A stretch of DNA of 64,000 nt from a virus. Taxonomy: Duplodnaviria; Caudoviricetes. Below the pieces are notes generated by a model. It saw nothing but the letters and a program-made list of their open reading frames with translations, did not search any database and was not told the origin of the DNA. The DNA lies in the IMG/VR virus record IMGVR_UViG_3300005670_000019; one strand, 5' to 3'. The translations under genes were made by a program, and so were the position numbers. Every line of letters begins with the position of its first letter. Within the stretch, counting starts at the first letter, position 1. This document shows positions 26,236-37,390 of the stretch, in pieces.

Positions 26236-28928
26236 TATTCAATTACCTTTCGAATGGTATTAGAAGTAAGTATTTGATCAAGTGTTTCGTGATATTCTTT
26301 TCCTTCTACAACGTAAGAACCATACAATCTTACCTTGAACTTACCCGGAAGGATAGAAAGTGTAGGACCACGGTTTACAGATGAAGAAGTGAATGGAAAT
26401 GCGTCTGTATATTCACTCTTACCAATGTAAGCACCCTGGAATCCAAAGATCAAGTTATCTGTTGGTTGCAAAACGTAAGGTGTCGCTTGTTGGAGTTTCG
26501 GATAAACCTTTTCAGTTCCGGTAAGAACATCGGTGGTGTTGTATCGTTCAATACCAACAACATTTCGTAAAAGGTTTCTACTGTCAGCAGAGCCATACTG
26601 CCCAACACCTGATCGACCACCATAGCTTCCTGGGTTTTGAATTTCATTATGAGCGCCTGCGATAACAGGACCAGGCAAAGTCATTTTGATGCTATCGCCA
26701 GGAGCGATAGTTTGAATGGTTCTTTGAATATCTTGAGTTGGATAACATAGGTTTGCAGATCCGGAAATAACAATGGAACCAGTGTAATCAAACCTAATTC
26801 TTTCCCAATCATTATCTTGTCCACATAAGAAATATGGAATATTTCTTGAATTCAAAGCTGATTTTGCAGCAATCCAAGCACTATCCGTATCAATGGAAGC
26901 TGTTGGAGCTGCCAAGAAAGCAAACTGATTGAATGAAACCAAATCCAATGATGAAGTTGTGGCAGCAAACGAAACAAGATATTCCGTTTTTACGGAAGTT
27001 CCCGAGGCAAGATCAATTGTTGGAGCAATCGTTCCAGAAAAATAGTTTTTCATTTTTCTTTGATTCAGAATGAAAAACGTATTGATTGCTTCACCATGAG
27101 AACCACCTGTTCCTTGTGCCCAATAATCTCTGGAGAAATGAGAGCAACTGAACTCAACAACGACTTTTTCAAGAACGAAAGGTTGTTTGATTTTGTCTGT
27201 CAAGGGAATAAGAATAGAAGAAGATCCGGGTGCGTAATTGGATCCAAAGGAATTGTATGGAATATGATATTTGTCATCAAATGGAAATCCGAATTCACTG
27301 ATCGGTGCTTGACTGAAGTATGTTGCATATTGCGAGTTGGCGACGTTCGGAACAAATGGCAAGAATCCAACAGCCTTATCAGACAAATAGGCTTGGGCGG
27401 TGACTTGAGAAGCTTCACTGTCACCTAGAAATCCGACAAAAGTATCATAAATATCTTGGTAGTAATTCCAACTTCTATTGCTTCCGACTCCCCAAAATGC
27501 TTGAGCATCCGGGTTCCAATACATCATCGCATAATCGTTTCCTTCACTATTTCCATTTGAAGCGGAACGATATCCTACAGAACTTGTATGAAGAACTTCA
27601 TAATCAAACTCAAGAACAGTCTTTGACCAAAGGGGTTCTTGGAACCCTTCACCAGCATCAATGACGGATGATCCTGTAGCGAAAAAATCCAATCCATTTG
27701 ATTTGCCGTCAGAGGCATATTGATTACCATCAGAAAATGGCAATGTTTCTTTCTCTTCAAAAAATGAAACAAAACCATCTGCTACATTTACGGTTGCGCG
27801 AGCATTTGGAACAATCATTGAAGAAGTGAATTCTGTGCTATTGATCCACTGATTTTGTGTATTCAAACCAATAGGGTAAACAACACCACCTTGTTCATCC
27901 AAAACCAAGGAAGAGCGACAGTTGTATATCTTCCTAACTTCTTCGGCTGAAAGAGCCTTACCAAAAATTGCAACTTCGTTCAGATAACCACCCCAGCGAT
28001 TTGTCTCGGAGTCCGGATTTCTTCCAAACCAAATTGGTTCTGTGATGTTTGCAATCTCAACAAAAGTTCCAAAAGAAAGATTTTGTGTTGCAAAATCTGT
28101 TTCTCCATTTATATAAAGATCCAAAGACGGAGAAGATCCGGAATGATAAACGGCTGCAATATGCATCCAGTCATTTTGATTTGAAGAAAATCTTGGAAGA
28201 TTTTTGATTATAGAAATAGAGCCGCCGGAATTAGAATCGACAACAACGAAAGCAACATAAGGTGATGCTCCTCCCGCTTCTACACCTCCCATTTGAATGT
28301 TGAATTCGTCGGTGCGATAAATAATATATCCTTCTCCATCACCGAAGGCTTCTTCAGGTTTTACCCAAACAGTGAAACTCAAATCAGATCTGGATAGATC
28401 GATTTGATCTTCTGTGTTTATGAATTGAATATTGAAATTGTCATTATCTTCATGATTATTCCAAAAAAAACGAGGGGTACGATCAAGTTTTCCAAAAGAA
28501 TTGAAGTTCAATCCTAAATCGTCTTTTGTGTATGCGTAATCCGGATATTGATTTCTTTGAATACTTGTTGTTATTTGTGTAAACTGCTGATACAGGAAAA
28601 CACTTCCGGAAACCAAAGCTTCTTCAGCTTGCACACTCAAACACCTCGGCAAGAAACTTGGAGAAAAATATTCAACTTTGAAGTTTTGTTCAAAAGATTT
28701 TGTTCCGGGATTTCCAATTCTTTCCGAAAGGGAATTATCACTATTCATTTTGAAGTAAAGCCACAAATCATCTTTCCAAGTATTTGAACTTGAAGGATAA
28801 GTCGCAAAAGTAATGGCACTTCGATCGTCCCAAAATGTGTTTGTTGAAGATCCGGCATTCTCTCTGTTTTGAAGTTGTAGACGCGGAGGCAAACCCTTTG
28901 CTCTACTTCGTTTGTTTGAACGTGGCAT
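26235..28928 (-). CDS. Virion protein with LamG (concanavalin A-like) domain
   Basis: SFTVWVKP, WMHIAAVY, LYING, GYLNEVAIFGKALSAEEV. Confidence 0.8.
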   Translation of the reverse strand: MPRSNKRSRAKGLPPRLQLQNRENAGSSTNTFWDDRSAITFATYPSSSNTWKDDLWLYFKMNSDNSLSERIGNPGTKSFEQNFKVEYFSPSFLPRCLSVQAEEALVSGSVFLYQQFTQITTSIQRNQYPDYAYTKDDLGLNFNSFGKLDRTPRFFWNNHEDNDNFNIQFINTEDQIDLSRSDLSFTVWVKPEEAFGDGEGYIIYRTDEFNIQMGGVEAGGASPYVAFVVVDSNSGGSISIIKNLPRFSSNQNDWMHIAAVYHSGSSPSLDLYINGETDFATQNLSFGTFVEIANITEPIWFGRNPDSETNRWGGYLNEVAIFGKALSAEEVRKIYNCRSSLVLDEQGGVVYPIGLNTQNQWINSTEFTSSMIVPNARATVNVADGFVSFFEEKETLPFSDGNQYASDGKSNGLDFFATGSSVIDAGEGFQEPLWSKTVLEFDYEVLHTSSVGYRSASNGNSEGNDYAMMYWNPDAQAFWGVGSNRSWNYYQDIYDTFVGFLGDSEASQVTAQAYLSDKAVGFLPFVPNVANSQYATYFSQAPISEFGFPFDDKYHIPYNSFGSNYAPGSSSILIPLTDKIKQPFVLEKVVVEFSCSHFSRDYWAQGTGGSHGEAINTFFILNQRKMKNYFSGTIAPTIDLASGTSVKTEYLVSFAATTSSLDLVSFNQFAFLAAPTASIDTDSAWIAAKSALNSRNIPYFLCGQDNDWERIRFDYTGSIVISGSANLCYPTQDIQRTIQTIAPGDSIKMTLPGPVIAGAHNEIQNPGSYGGRSGVGQYGSADSRNLLRNVVGIERYNTTDVLTGTEKVYPKLQQATPYVLQPTDNLIFGFQGAYIGKSEYTDAFPFTSSSVNRGPTLSILPGKFKVRLYGSYVVEGKEYHETLDQILTSNTIRKVIE

Positions 28929-28931
28929 TCT

Positions 28932-29789
28932 TCACCCTCTCAAAAGACCGGCATATGCGATCGAATCGGTACCATATCTTGCATTACCAGCATCGATAAT
29001 GGTTCCTGCTGTAGTTGATTTTACTGTAAATTTCTGTCGAATGTCTTCGCTCAAATCAAAATCCAGGCGATTCAGCACAGAAATGAAATCTGAATTTGTG
29101 GTATTGATCTGTTTTACAATTTCTTCATCCTTAGTTTCGTCCCAAGGACGAATCAACGTTTCTTGATAAGCAACATAACCATGAATGGTTATGCCTCCCA
29201 TAGTCTCTTGACCTTCATCAAGAAAATATCTTACTTGAAGAGGATCTTGGTAGTCTATAAACTGTTCAATTCTATTTGAGCGTCTATCAAGAGTTTCAAA
29301 GTTGTTTCCATCTTCCAGTGTTCCATGAATTTGTCTTGGAAAGAATGGACCTGAATGGTCTTTCCTGTAAGGAATCGTCAACGGTTCAATGATTGCCTCC
29401 TCCTCAGATTGTGGTCCATCATTGAAATAAATTGGTGTTGGGTAACTGTCTCCAGAGCTCAAATAAGCAACAGGGTTGAATTCGGGAAGTTCTTCCCAAA
29501 TTAGTGAGTTTTCATATTCAACCCATGATCTTGCTTGACCAATTGGATTTGTTCTTGTGTAATGACGAATGTTTCCAGACCAAAGTTTTGGTTGAGAGCT
29601 TCCGTAAAGTTCACGATATCCTCTAAGTTCCACACCTTGACGATAGGCATCAATTTGTCTTGTGTTGACTCCTTCACGAGTTGATTCAAACTTCAACACT
29701 GCTCGTGCAACAAGAATGGAATCAGTCGCATCATTGAACGGAGTAAATTCCGTTGCAAACTCCCATTCATTATCAGAAAAAACACTCAT
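28932..29789 (-). CDS. Putative virion protein
   Basis: 285 aa within structural operon. Confidence 0.6.
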   Translation of the reverse strand: MSVFSDNEWEFATEFTPFNDATDSILVARAVLKFESTREGVNTRQIDAYRQGVELRGYRELYGSSQPKLWSGNIRHYTRTNPIGQARSWVEYENSLIWEELPEFNPVAYLSSGDSYPTPIYFNDGPQSEEEAIIEPLTIPYRKDHSGPFFPRQIHGTLEDGNNFETLDRRSNRIEQFIDYQDPLQVRYFLDEGQETMGGITIHGYVAYQETLIRPWDETKDEEIVKQINTTNSDFISVLNRLDFDLSEDIRQKFTVKSTTAGTIIDAGNARYGTDSIAYAGLLRG

Positions 29790-29790
29790 A

Positions 29791-32700
29791 TCAATACCTA
29801 TTCACCTCTCCAACAATTAGGCGGAGAAGGATGGTTGGTTTCAATCCATCTCTATTTGTGTCACCAAGATAAGCATCTTCATATTTGTATTGAACTTTTG
29901 GTCTTTCCAACATGTGACTTTCAACAACAAAGTTTGTTCCATTATATCTTGTTCTACGAGGAATGAGTTGCTCAATAAACATTCCAATGTTAGTATCAAA
30001 CCATTTGTAAAACTCAAAGAAAGATTTCAAATTCATTCGACCTGTAAGTCGATTGAAATAGATTGATCGAAGGTTGTCCAAGCCTGGATAATCAGGGGAA
30101 AATTGCAGTTCTGGATTTCCAATCACGTTGTCAAGTTCATTTAGTGTTGCAAAGATTTTTACAATATCCTGATTGAGTGCATCAACAATAGAAAAATCTA
30201 TAGAAAATTTATTGTTGTCGGTCGGTATTTCTGATCTCGGCAAGGAATAAACAGGTGCCGTTTGTGCTATTGAAGAAGATGCAACATTTTGAAAATCTTG
30301 GAATGAACGAACGCGAATTTTTTCAACAGAAACTCCTTCATCAAACTTTGGAGAAATGTAGCTGTAATAGTACATCTCTGGAACGATGACACTTGAAGTC
30401 AAAGGAAAAGCCGAACCAGACCAACCAAAATCACCCTGAGAAAAATCAAAGAGATCCAGTTCTCCGGTAACGTTTGATTGAGTAACGGCTTGATCTGTCG
30501 AAACATCCATTCTCAATTTTTGCCAAGAACCACTTACATTTGTAACGAAACCAAATTGACTTGATGGATTTTCAACACCAAGTGAGGAAGGATTTCGTAC
30601 ATGTTCAAGCCACTCGTGGTCAGTCAAATATTTCGACCAAAAACGTAGATAGGAAACCTTTCCAGCAAAGTTGGTTGTAAGAGAAGTCTGATCTCCATCT
30701 GCTCCCAAATAGGCTGTTTGATCAATTGAAGAACTTCCAATTGCCAAGAAAGCTCCAGATACATTTGAAGTAGAATCGATCTGCATGTATGGTGGAGGTG
30801 ATCCAACAGTTGCAGTTAGGAAAGAAGAAGTTTGAAAAACTTGTTCAACTTCGCCAAAGTTCTGCTTGGCGGCACGAATAAAGAAAGATGAAGAAATTGT
30901 GGAATTCAATCCATCATCATTTCTTCGTCTTCCAAAAGAAATGTACCATTTGTCTCCATCAAAAATATCTGCTCCGGAAAGAAAAAGTGAATCATTCGAA
31001 ACAACATCATCACTTTGATAAAGGTACAAACCCTGTCCATTTACAGCAACAAGATTCATCAATGTTTGTCCAACTCCTTGAGGAGCTGACGAGCCAGTTG
31101 TTAGAAATCTAATCAAACTTTGTGATGGGAAGAGTTGAACAGAAAGTGGAGAGAATTTGTATGTTCCTTCTATTGTCCAAGAACCCGATGTAAGAAGCGC
31201 ATCGTTTCCTGCATCACCGGAAATGTATGGGTATCCTGGCTCTGTTCTTGGTGCGGTCAAATATGAACTTTGAACGAAACCTCCGGAAAGGAAGTTCAAC
31301 ATCATCGCACTTTCCGATCTTGTTTCTCTAGAAAATGTTAGTGGGCTTCTATTTGGTCCACCGTATTCTCTAATACGGAAGTTATTGTCAGGATCAATTC
31401 CAACTGTTCTCAAAAACGCTTTGATCGAGTGCAAAGTTCCCTTTGACCTCATAATACTATTGAGATTTACGAGAATACGGCGCCAAATTTGGTTTTGAAC
31501 AAATTGTAAGGAACTTTCAGCAGAGGAATATTCCGTATCTAAATCATCTCCATCAATGAATTGTGAGATTGAAGAATTGGTGAATAATGGAGGAAGTACA
31601 ATTCCTTCTCTTCTTGCAAAATCTTGTAGAAGTGCATTGGGAACTGTATCGATTGAATTGTAATCAATTGCAACAACATTTGAAAATGCTTGCAAATAGA
31701 GCTTCATTTCATCAAAGAATTTTGCCCAAAGATACAACATTGAAAGCATTGCTGTTGTATCTCCCATTTGAGTTGTTCCAGGATTCGATCCAGAAATTAA
31801 TGGATCAATGATATTTCCATCTTCATTTTCATATCCATAACTCTCTTGAGCTTCCAACAAATAATGTTGAGGAATGAGGCGTGTAATAAGGTTTGGATTG
31901 TTCTGATCAAAAAAACTTGCAGAGGTGAGAAGGGTTGTTTCAAACTCAACCAATGGAGTGTATTTTGGAAAAAGCACAGGGCTGTACAGAGGCTTCTCTA
32001 ATGTCATTGGGGAAGGACCCGCAATTGAACTTGTCGGAATATCACGAACTCCTAGTTGATATCCAGAAAGAGATAGGTTGCCATGAAGGCTGTTCGATGA
32101 ATGATCCAGAACCAATCTTGTTTGAGAACCGGAAGGTTCATTGAAGCGATAGTAAAGTTTTAGATCATCTCCAGAAAAGACATTTCTCTTTGAGAACTTT
32201 TTCAACTCTTCAACTGTTCTAATATCATGCCAAACACGAAATTCATCAATAGCTCCGGACAAAGTATTTGAAGGAGTAAATCCAGAAAAAGAAGAACCAG
32301 ATCCAATGATAAGAACTGAGGAGGTCAGAGGAAATGAATTGAATTCGATTGCAAATGAACTTGTTGAATTCAATTCTTGGTTTACATAACCATAAATTTG
32401 TTGATTACCCGGTGTTCTGTTCCAGATAAATGCGAGATGATTCCACTGTCCCTTATTGAACTCAATTGTTGTACTGTTTGTGTAACCACCAGAAACAACA
32501 AACAAAGTAGAAGAGCCATAGTCTGTTGAGGCTGTCGAGTTTAGAGTGATTGCATAACCAAAGTTGTCACTAATTTTGTTCAGAATGAACTGATTATCAT
32601 TTGATTGTGAAGGTGCGAAAAATTGAAACTCAAAAGTCATTGACTTATTTTGAGGCATCAATATGGAGTCACCGGATGTGTTTGAAGATGCATTTGGAAA

Positions 32701-33180
32701 TGTTGCACCTGCAATGTCTTGAGTTGTAACATACGTTCCTCCAGAACCTTCTCCATTGCTTCCTGAGAAGAAAAGGTAGGTGCAGTTCTTCGGCATTGTT
32801 TCAAAGACCCAACGTTCGAATCCTGTTAGGTTATCAAGAAATTCATCAATTTCTCCACGGTTTCCATCGAATGGGAAACTGTCAATTATCTTTTGAAAAG
32901 CGACATTTGACTTTACTTGAGCCGAGTTGAAAAATGTGTGATTCTCAAATTGTGACCATGAGATGTTGAGTTGTTGTGTGTTTTTCAACCCTACCAAATT
33001 TGGTTCATATTTGAAAGAAGATGTTGACGAAAGAGAAGTTGAAGAAACCTCGTCTGCGTTATACTTTGACAAAACAACAGCATCACCTTGCACGTTTGTA
33101 ATACCACGAATTACCGTTGGTTCAAACAATGATGGTTTGTTGAACTGAAGAGATGTAATGTTGTTGTTTTTTGGCATCAA
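29791..33180 (-). CDS. Baseplate wedge-like protein with LamG domains
   Basis: WNHLAFIW, GAIDEFRVW, LYYRFNE; IWRRILVNL..IMRSKGTLHSIKAFLR (P2 gpI/T4 gp7-like segment); follows the J/gp6-like gene block. Confidence 0.75.
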   Translation of the reverse strand: MMPKNNNITSLQFNKPSLFEPTVIRGITNVQGDAVVLSKYNADEVSSTSLSSTSSFKYEPNLVGLKNTQQLNISWSQFENHTFFNSAQVKSNVAFQKIIDSFPFDGNRGEIDEFLDNLTGFERWVFETMPKNCTYLFFSGSNGEGSGGTYVTTQDIAGATFPNASSNTSGDSILMPQNKSMTFEFQFFAPSQSNDNQFILNKISDNFGYAITLNSTASTDYGSSTLFVVSGGYTNSTTIEFNKGQWNHLAFIWNRTPGNQQIYGYVNQELNSTSSFAIEFNSFPLTSSVLIIGSGSSFSGFTPSNTLSGAIDEFRVWHDIRTVEELKKFSKRNVFSGDDLKLYYRFNEPSGSQTRLVLDHSSNSLHGNLSLSGYQLGVRDIPTSSIAGPSPMTLEKPLYSPVLFPKYTPLVEFETTLLTSASFFDQNNPNLITRLIPQHYLLEAQESYGYENEDGNIIDPLISGSNPGTTQMGDTTAMLSMLYLWAKFFDEMKLYLQAFSNVVAIDYNSIDTVPNALLQDFARREGIVLPPLFTNSSISQFIDGDDLDTEYSSAESSLQFVQNQIWRRILVNLNSIMRSKGTLHSIKAFLRTVGIDPDNNFRIREYGGPNRSPLTFSRETRSESAMMLNFLSGGFVQSSYLTAPRTEPGYPYISGDAGNDALLTSGSWTIEGTYKFSPLSVQLFPSQSLIRFLTTGSSAPQGVGQTLMNLVAVNGQGLYLYQSDDVVSNDSLFLSGADIFDGDKWYISFGRRRNDDGLNSTISSSFFIRAAKQNFGEVEQVFQTSSFLTATVGSPPPYMQIDSTSNVSGAFLAIGSSSIDQTAYLGADGDQTSLTTNFAGKVSYLRFWSKYLTDHEWLEHVRNPSSLGVENPSSQFGFVTNVSGSWQKLRMDVSTDQAVTQSNVTGELDLFDFSQGDFGWSGSAFPLTSSVIVPEMYYYSYISPKFDEGVSVEKIRVRSFQDFQNVASSSIAQTAPVYSLPRSEIPTDNNKFSIDFSIVDALNQDIVKIFATLNELDNVIGNPELQFSPDYPGLDNLRSIYFNRLTGRMNLKSFFEFYKWFDTNIGMFIEQLIPRRTRYNGTNFVVESHMLERPKVQYKYEDAYLGDTNRDGLKPTILLRLIVGEVNRY

Positions 33181-34790
33181 GAAACCTTGAAAATAAATCC
33201 GTTATTTTGAATTAGTGTATCTTTTCCGTTTTCAGAAATTTTGAATTCAAACTCATAAACCTGTCCAGAAACTAAATCAGACATCCAAAAATCAAAATAG
33301 TTTCCATCTCCATCATATGATGTTTTGGTTGCAACATCATCAAATGGAATGATGACTTGTTTTGTAATGCCGTCAACCATTCTCCAAAACATGTTCTTTT
33401 TGACAGAAGGTTTCGGGTCACGTGAAAACTTAGAGGGCACCAGGAAATCGCTATAATCCTGTACGAACACTCGCAGACGAGCAACCTGATCTCTGGTGTA
33501 CGTGTTCTGAAGATTGAACATACTCACAACAACATTTTGACTTGGCAGCGAGGAAATCGTACTTGTTTTTCTAGAAAATTGAATTGCCGAGCCAGTGGCG
33601 AACACATAAGAAGCGTCTGAACTCTTCCAATATGGTGTGAAAGAAAAATCTGTTGAACCAGATAGGAAGGCATTTAGTTCTGAGTTCGCTGTTGGATCGA
33701 GAACCACAGAAGCCGAGTAATATCCGGTCAGTGGAACATAACCAATTAAGACAGACGAACCACTGAACTGCTGGGTAAACGTTGAGAGCGATCTGGTCAA
33801 ATGGTTTATGGATGCAGAATGAGTTGTGCTATAACTACTCGTCCAGTAACTCACCCATTTACTTCCAACAAGTTCCAACAACAAACAATTACTTCCCGAA
33901 ACTTCATTTCCAGCAAGAACGAAGTTTTGGAAAATTCCATTTGGAGAGTTGTAAAGAAAGATGTTGTTTGGGATAGAACCAAACAACGCTTTTGAATTGT
34001 CATCTTGAAGAACGTCATCGTATTTTACGATAAGTCTTGGTTGAAGATCAGGGTTTGCTTGTTTTGATCCAAATCGCTTCACAAAGCGTGTTTGGTTGTC
34101 AGTTTCTTCAAGATTTGAAAAGGAAATTCTCCAGCCGTGATCAGGAAGAAGACCAACAATCGTTCCTGAAACCAATGAAGTGACTTCAACAAAAAGGTCT
34201 TCATCTCCACGGGCAAAAGCAAAACTTGCTGTGGTCGATTGCACACCGACACCGAGATTACCGGAAGTGATCAAATCAATATTGTTAGAACCGAGCAAAC
34301 CCTTGGCATTTGCGCCAGCTTCATTCCAGAGGGAAGTACCATTGTTTATTGAGGCTGTCAACCAATTCACAGCATCTTTATCTCTAAATGAGATAACGTC
34401 TCTTCCTCGTCCTTCATCCCAGGATTTTGAAACTGGAATTACTTCGAGTGTAAAGTTTGATGGAGTAGTCTGTCCTCCATACACATCTTTCATGTGCAGA
34501 TATGCCTTGAATGAATTATCTCCAACGTTCAGAATACTACTTGTAAGTGCAACAATTGGTGATAAATCAAACTTCAACAAACCTCTTGTAAGTTCGATCT
34601 CATCATCGATTACAGTAGATCCGCTCAGGATCTTGGTTTCGCCATATAGTTTATAAAGGTCAATTGTTCCTGCTTGACCAGTATTTGCATTGAATGACCT
34701 ACTTCCTGCAATGTATTTTGAGGTGATGTAGGCATCTTTTGAACATGATAAAATTCTGTACATATCAAACAGCCGTTCCCTGTAGATCAA
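33177..34790 (-). CDS. Virion protein with DNRLRE-like domain
   Basis: KDAYI, RGLLKFDLS, WDEG.G, P.LIV.Y; likely start ATG 34763. Confidence 0.65.
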   Translation of the reverse strand: MIYRERLFDMYRILSCSKDAYITSKYIAGSRSFNANTGQAGTIDLYKLYGETKILSGSTVIDDEIELTRGLLKFDLSPIVALTSSILNVGDNSFKAYLHMKDVYGGQTTPSNFTLEVIPVSKSWDEGRGRDVISFRDKDAVNWLTASINNGTSLWNEAGANAKGLLGSNNIDLITSGNLGVGVQSTTASFAFARGDEDLFVEVTSLVSGTIVGLLPDHGWRISFSNLEETDNQTRFVKRFGSKQANPDLQPRLIVKYDDVLQDDNSKALFGSIPNNIFLYNSPNGIFQNFVLAGNEVSGSNCLLLELVGSKWVSYWTSSYSTTHSASINHLTRSLSTFTQQFSGSSVLIGYVPLTGYYSASVVLDPTANSELNAFLSGSTDFSFTPYWKSSDASYVFATGSAIQFSRKTSTISSLPSQNVVVSMFNLQNTYTRDQVARLRVFVQDYSDFLVPSKFSRDPKPSVKKNMFWRMVDGITKQVIIPFDDVATKTSYDGDGNYFDFWMSDLVSGQVYEFEFKISENGKDTLIQNNGFIFKVS

Positions 34791-36612
34791 AATTCTTATA
34801 CTTTACTTCAAAGATGGATCCCGGAGGTCCAATAACAATTCCCTTTGAAGTGTTTGCTTCAACGTTGAACTGAACATTTGAATATGTTCTTTGTCCAACA
34901 CTTGTGTTTATGTTTTTGACATTGATTGTGTCAACTGAAATAACACCAGGATTGTTGAAGATGATGTTGTGAAGATCAGAAAGAACGAGCGGTTGATCAA
35001 TATCAAAGTTCTTTTGTTGAAAGAATGCTGACAGTTTTTTGACTACGTTTTGAACAACAATCTGTTTGTTTTCTCTAGGATCCACAACAATACTGAAATC
35101 TACTCCAATGTTTATAATTTGAGCATCGAGAATGTCAATTGCATCTGAGATTATTCGATAAGTGGAAAGAAAGGTTCGAATATTCTTTTTCAAGGCATCC
35201 GGTGAGATTGTTAATTGTCCATTCGAATCTCTAGAAACAACAAACAGTTGCGATGCCATTGGATTGTCAGGATTGTTTCTAATGGAAGCTCGGAAAACTC
35301 GACCGAAATTGGAAGGCATTGTATAAAGCCTTGCCAGCAAGTCGGGCTTTGAAACAATTCTTCCTTGAGAAGCTTTCACGGAAGGTGCTCGAAGTTTCAA
35401 ATCATCAATCGACGGAGCATCCTCACCTCCTCCAGCCTTTTCATCATTTGAAGCATCAAGCGATGATCTTACAAACTGTGCTGTGGCAGGATCAGGCGAG
35501 CCTGGAAAGGTAATTCTTGTTTGAACAACGCCAGAAATGCTCTTTCGTGGAATGTTGTGATTTAGACCGCCACCATGACGATATGTGACTGTAACCGTAG
35601 TGTTTGGTGCCAAAATACCAAGTGTTGTAGTTTTCAAAAGATTTCCAGGATTGATGGAGAACCTTGAAAACGTTCTCTTTCCATAGAGAGGCACGGCAAA
35701 CTCACTCGGATCCGGAATGATATCATCATTCAAAGTCTCAGCAGAACCACCGCCAAAAGTAAGTGTTGTAAGTCTGGTTTGAAGATTCATCTTTGAAATA
35801 AATCTATAAGGCGCAGGAATTGGAATTAGATTGTCTGGCACATCTGCAAAGTCACTTGCAATGTTCGTCACAGCTTTGTACACTGTATCTTCATTGAGAG
35901 CATCAACTTCATAATATACGTTTCCAAGACTATCTGTAACTGAGATTATTTCAGTTACATTTTCTTTGGAAAGTGTAAAGGTTTTGAATGGTTCAAAACT
36001 TCCAACAGAAAAACTATCTGAAGCTCTTTGTCCAGAAATACAAATCTCTTTGCGTTTCAAAAAGAAGGTTGTTGGAATATTTGAACTGTTCAATTGTCCG
36101 ATTGAGACTTCTGCCAACAGAACACCATTGGGGTTTGTTTCTCTGAAATCAATATCTTCAACAAGTTCGAACTCTACTCCATTATTTGAACGAATCACAG
36201 TTCCGGCTCTGAGGATTGGAAGAGCAGCAGGATTTGGTCTTGGATTTGGATCTGAGATTGCTGGTACTTCAATAAAGAATGTTGCATTGAGAACTGCTGG
36301 AGATGCCCCAACTATTTTCACTCCATCCTTTTCAAGCAGACGTTGAATGTTTCTGTTTTCTACAGCACTATCTGTAAATGTTTCTTGGTATTGGTGGTCA
36401 AGATAGAAAGAAGAAACGTCCCCAACGTAAGATGCAAAATCAAGAAGCATTCCTCCGAATGAAGCTTCAGAGAAATCTCTGTTTGCATCATTGTAATAGG
36501 TTCGCGCATAATCCAAAAGATCACGTTTGAAACCATCAAAATCTTTGTTTAGATACTTTCTTTCTTTGATCCTTTTGAGGATATCTTTCTTGCTGTTATC
36601 TGCCATAATCAA
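34765..36612 (-). CDS. Baseplate wedge subunit (T4 gp6 / Baseplate J-like)
   Basis: YLNKDF..F, DFSEASFG, YVGDV.SFYLD, FGGG, GGEDAPSI, QGRIVS..D. Confidence 0.88.
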   Translation of the reverse strand: MIMADNSKKDILKRIKERKYLNKDFDGFKRDLLDYARTYYNDANRDFSEASFGGMLLDFASYVGDVSSFYLDHQYQETFTDSAVENRNIQRLLEKDGVKIVGASPAVLNATFFIEVPAISDPNPRPNPAALPILRAGTVIRSNNGVEFELVEDIDFRETNPNGVLLAEVSIGQLNSSNIPTTFFLKRKEICISGQRASDSFSVGSFEPFKTFTLSKENVTEIISVTDSLGNVYYEVDALNEDTVYKAVTNIASDFADVPDNLIPIPAPYRFISKMNLQTRLTTLTFGGGSAETLNDDIIPDPSEFAVPLYGKRTFSRFSINPGNLLKTTTLGILAPNTTVTVTYRHGGGLNHNIPRKSISGVVQTRITFPGSPDPATAQFVRSSLDASNDEKAGGGEDAPSIDDLKLRAPSVKASQGRIVSKPDLLARLYTMPSNFGRVFRASIRNNPDNPMASQLFVVSRDSNGQLTISPDALKKNIRTFLSTYRIISDAIDILDAQIINIGVDFSIVVDPRENKQIVVQNVVKKLSAFFQQKNFDIDQPLVLSDLHNIIFNNPGVISVDTINVKNINTSVGQRTYSNVQFNVEANTSKGIVIGPPGSIFEVKYKNFDLQGTAV

Positions 36613-37094
36613 CCACCAACATAAATAACCACTTCAGCAACCGCTTCCGAAATGGCAGCTTGTGGCACTGAATAAATAAGAATGATTTTCACCTTTGCTA
36701 TTCTTCCATCAACATCTGTTCTATCAATTTTACTTTCATAGAACAATGGAGTGACGAATGGCATCCATTTTGTTATGGCTGAGTTGATACGAACGATTGC
36801 CTGATTGTCAAAATCTTCTTTATTGAGAAATTCAAAACACAAAGGTCTTAGATTTGCCCCAAAATTGTATAGCTCTACGCGCTCACCCCAATTGGTCATA
36901 ACCAAGTTTTTCAAATTGTCAGCAACTTGATCACCGAGAAGATAATTCATCTCAAAGAAACTTCTTCCGGAATAATCCAGTCGAACTGGAGTTTTTACTC
37001 CAATTGGTATTTCTAGTGTTCGTCTTGATAGACTTTCATTTCTATTTGAATACTCAACTCCAACATCTTTGAAACTCATTCTTGACATGATCAA
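36609..37094 (-). CDS. Baseplate wedge subunit (T4 gp25 / GPW-like)
   Basis: NLKNLVMTNWGERV..NFGANL..L.FE, I.KWMPFV. Confidence 0.88.
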   Translation of the reverse strand: MIMSRMSFKDVGVEYSNRNESLSRRTLEIPIGVKTPVRLDYSGRSFFEMNYLLGDQVADNLKNLVMTNWGERVELYNFGANLRPLCFEFLNKEDFDNQAIVRINSAITKWMPFVTPLFYESKIDRTDVDGRIAKVKIILIYSVPQAAISEAVAEVVIYVGG

Positions 37095-37387
37095 ACCTCG
37101 CTAATCGTTGGAACAGAATTTCCAGCGGTTCTTCTTATTTCTTCACGCAGCTCAGCAATTCTGTTTTCAACATAATCTACAACAAACTGATAAATCACTT
37201 CACCACGTTCTTTTGCATCAATCTCTAAAATCTCTGTGGCAATCCGTTCTGCTCTTCTCCTGATCTCCTCAGCAGATTGGTTTGTTGAAGAGTTTCCAGA
37301 TTTGGATTTTTCAATAGCTCTTTCTCTTGTTTTTTCAGAAGCTTTTTTCAAACCCTCTGTCAATGTCTTTTTTGTTGCTTCTGCCAT
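37091..37387 (-). CDS. Hypothetical protein
   Basis: 98 aa between spike-like and gp25-like genes. Confidence 0.6.
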   Translation of the reverse strand: MAEATKKTLTEGLKKASEKTRERAIEKSKSGNSSTNQSAEEIRRRAERIATEILEIDAKERGEVIYQFVVDYVENRIAELREEIRRTAGNSVPTISEV

Positions 37388-37390
37388 TTA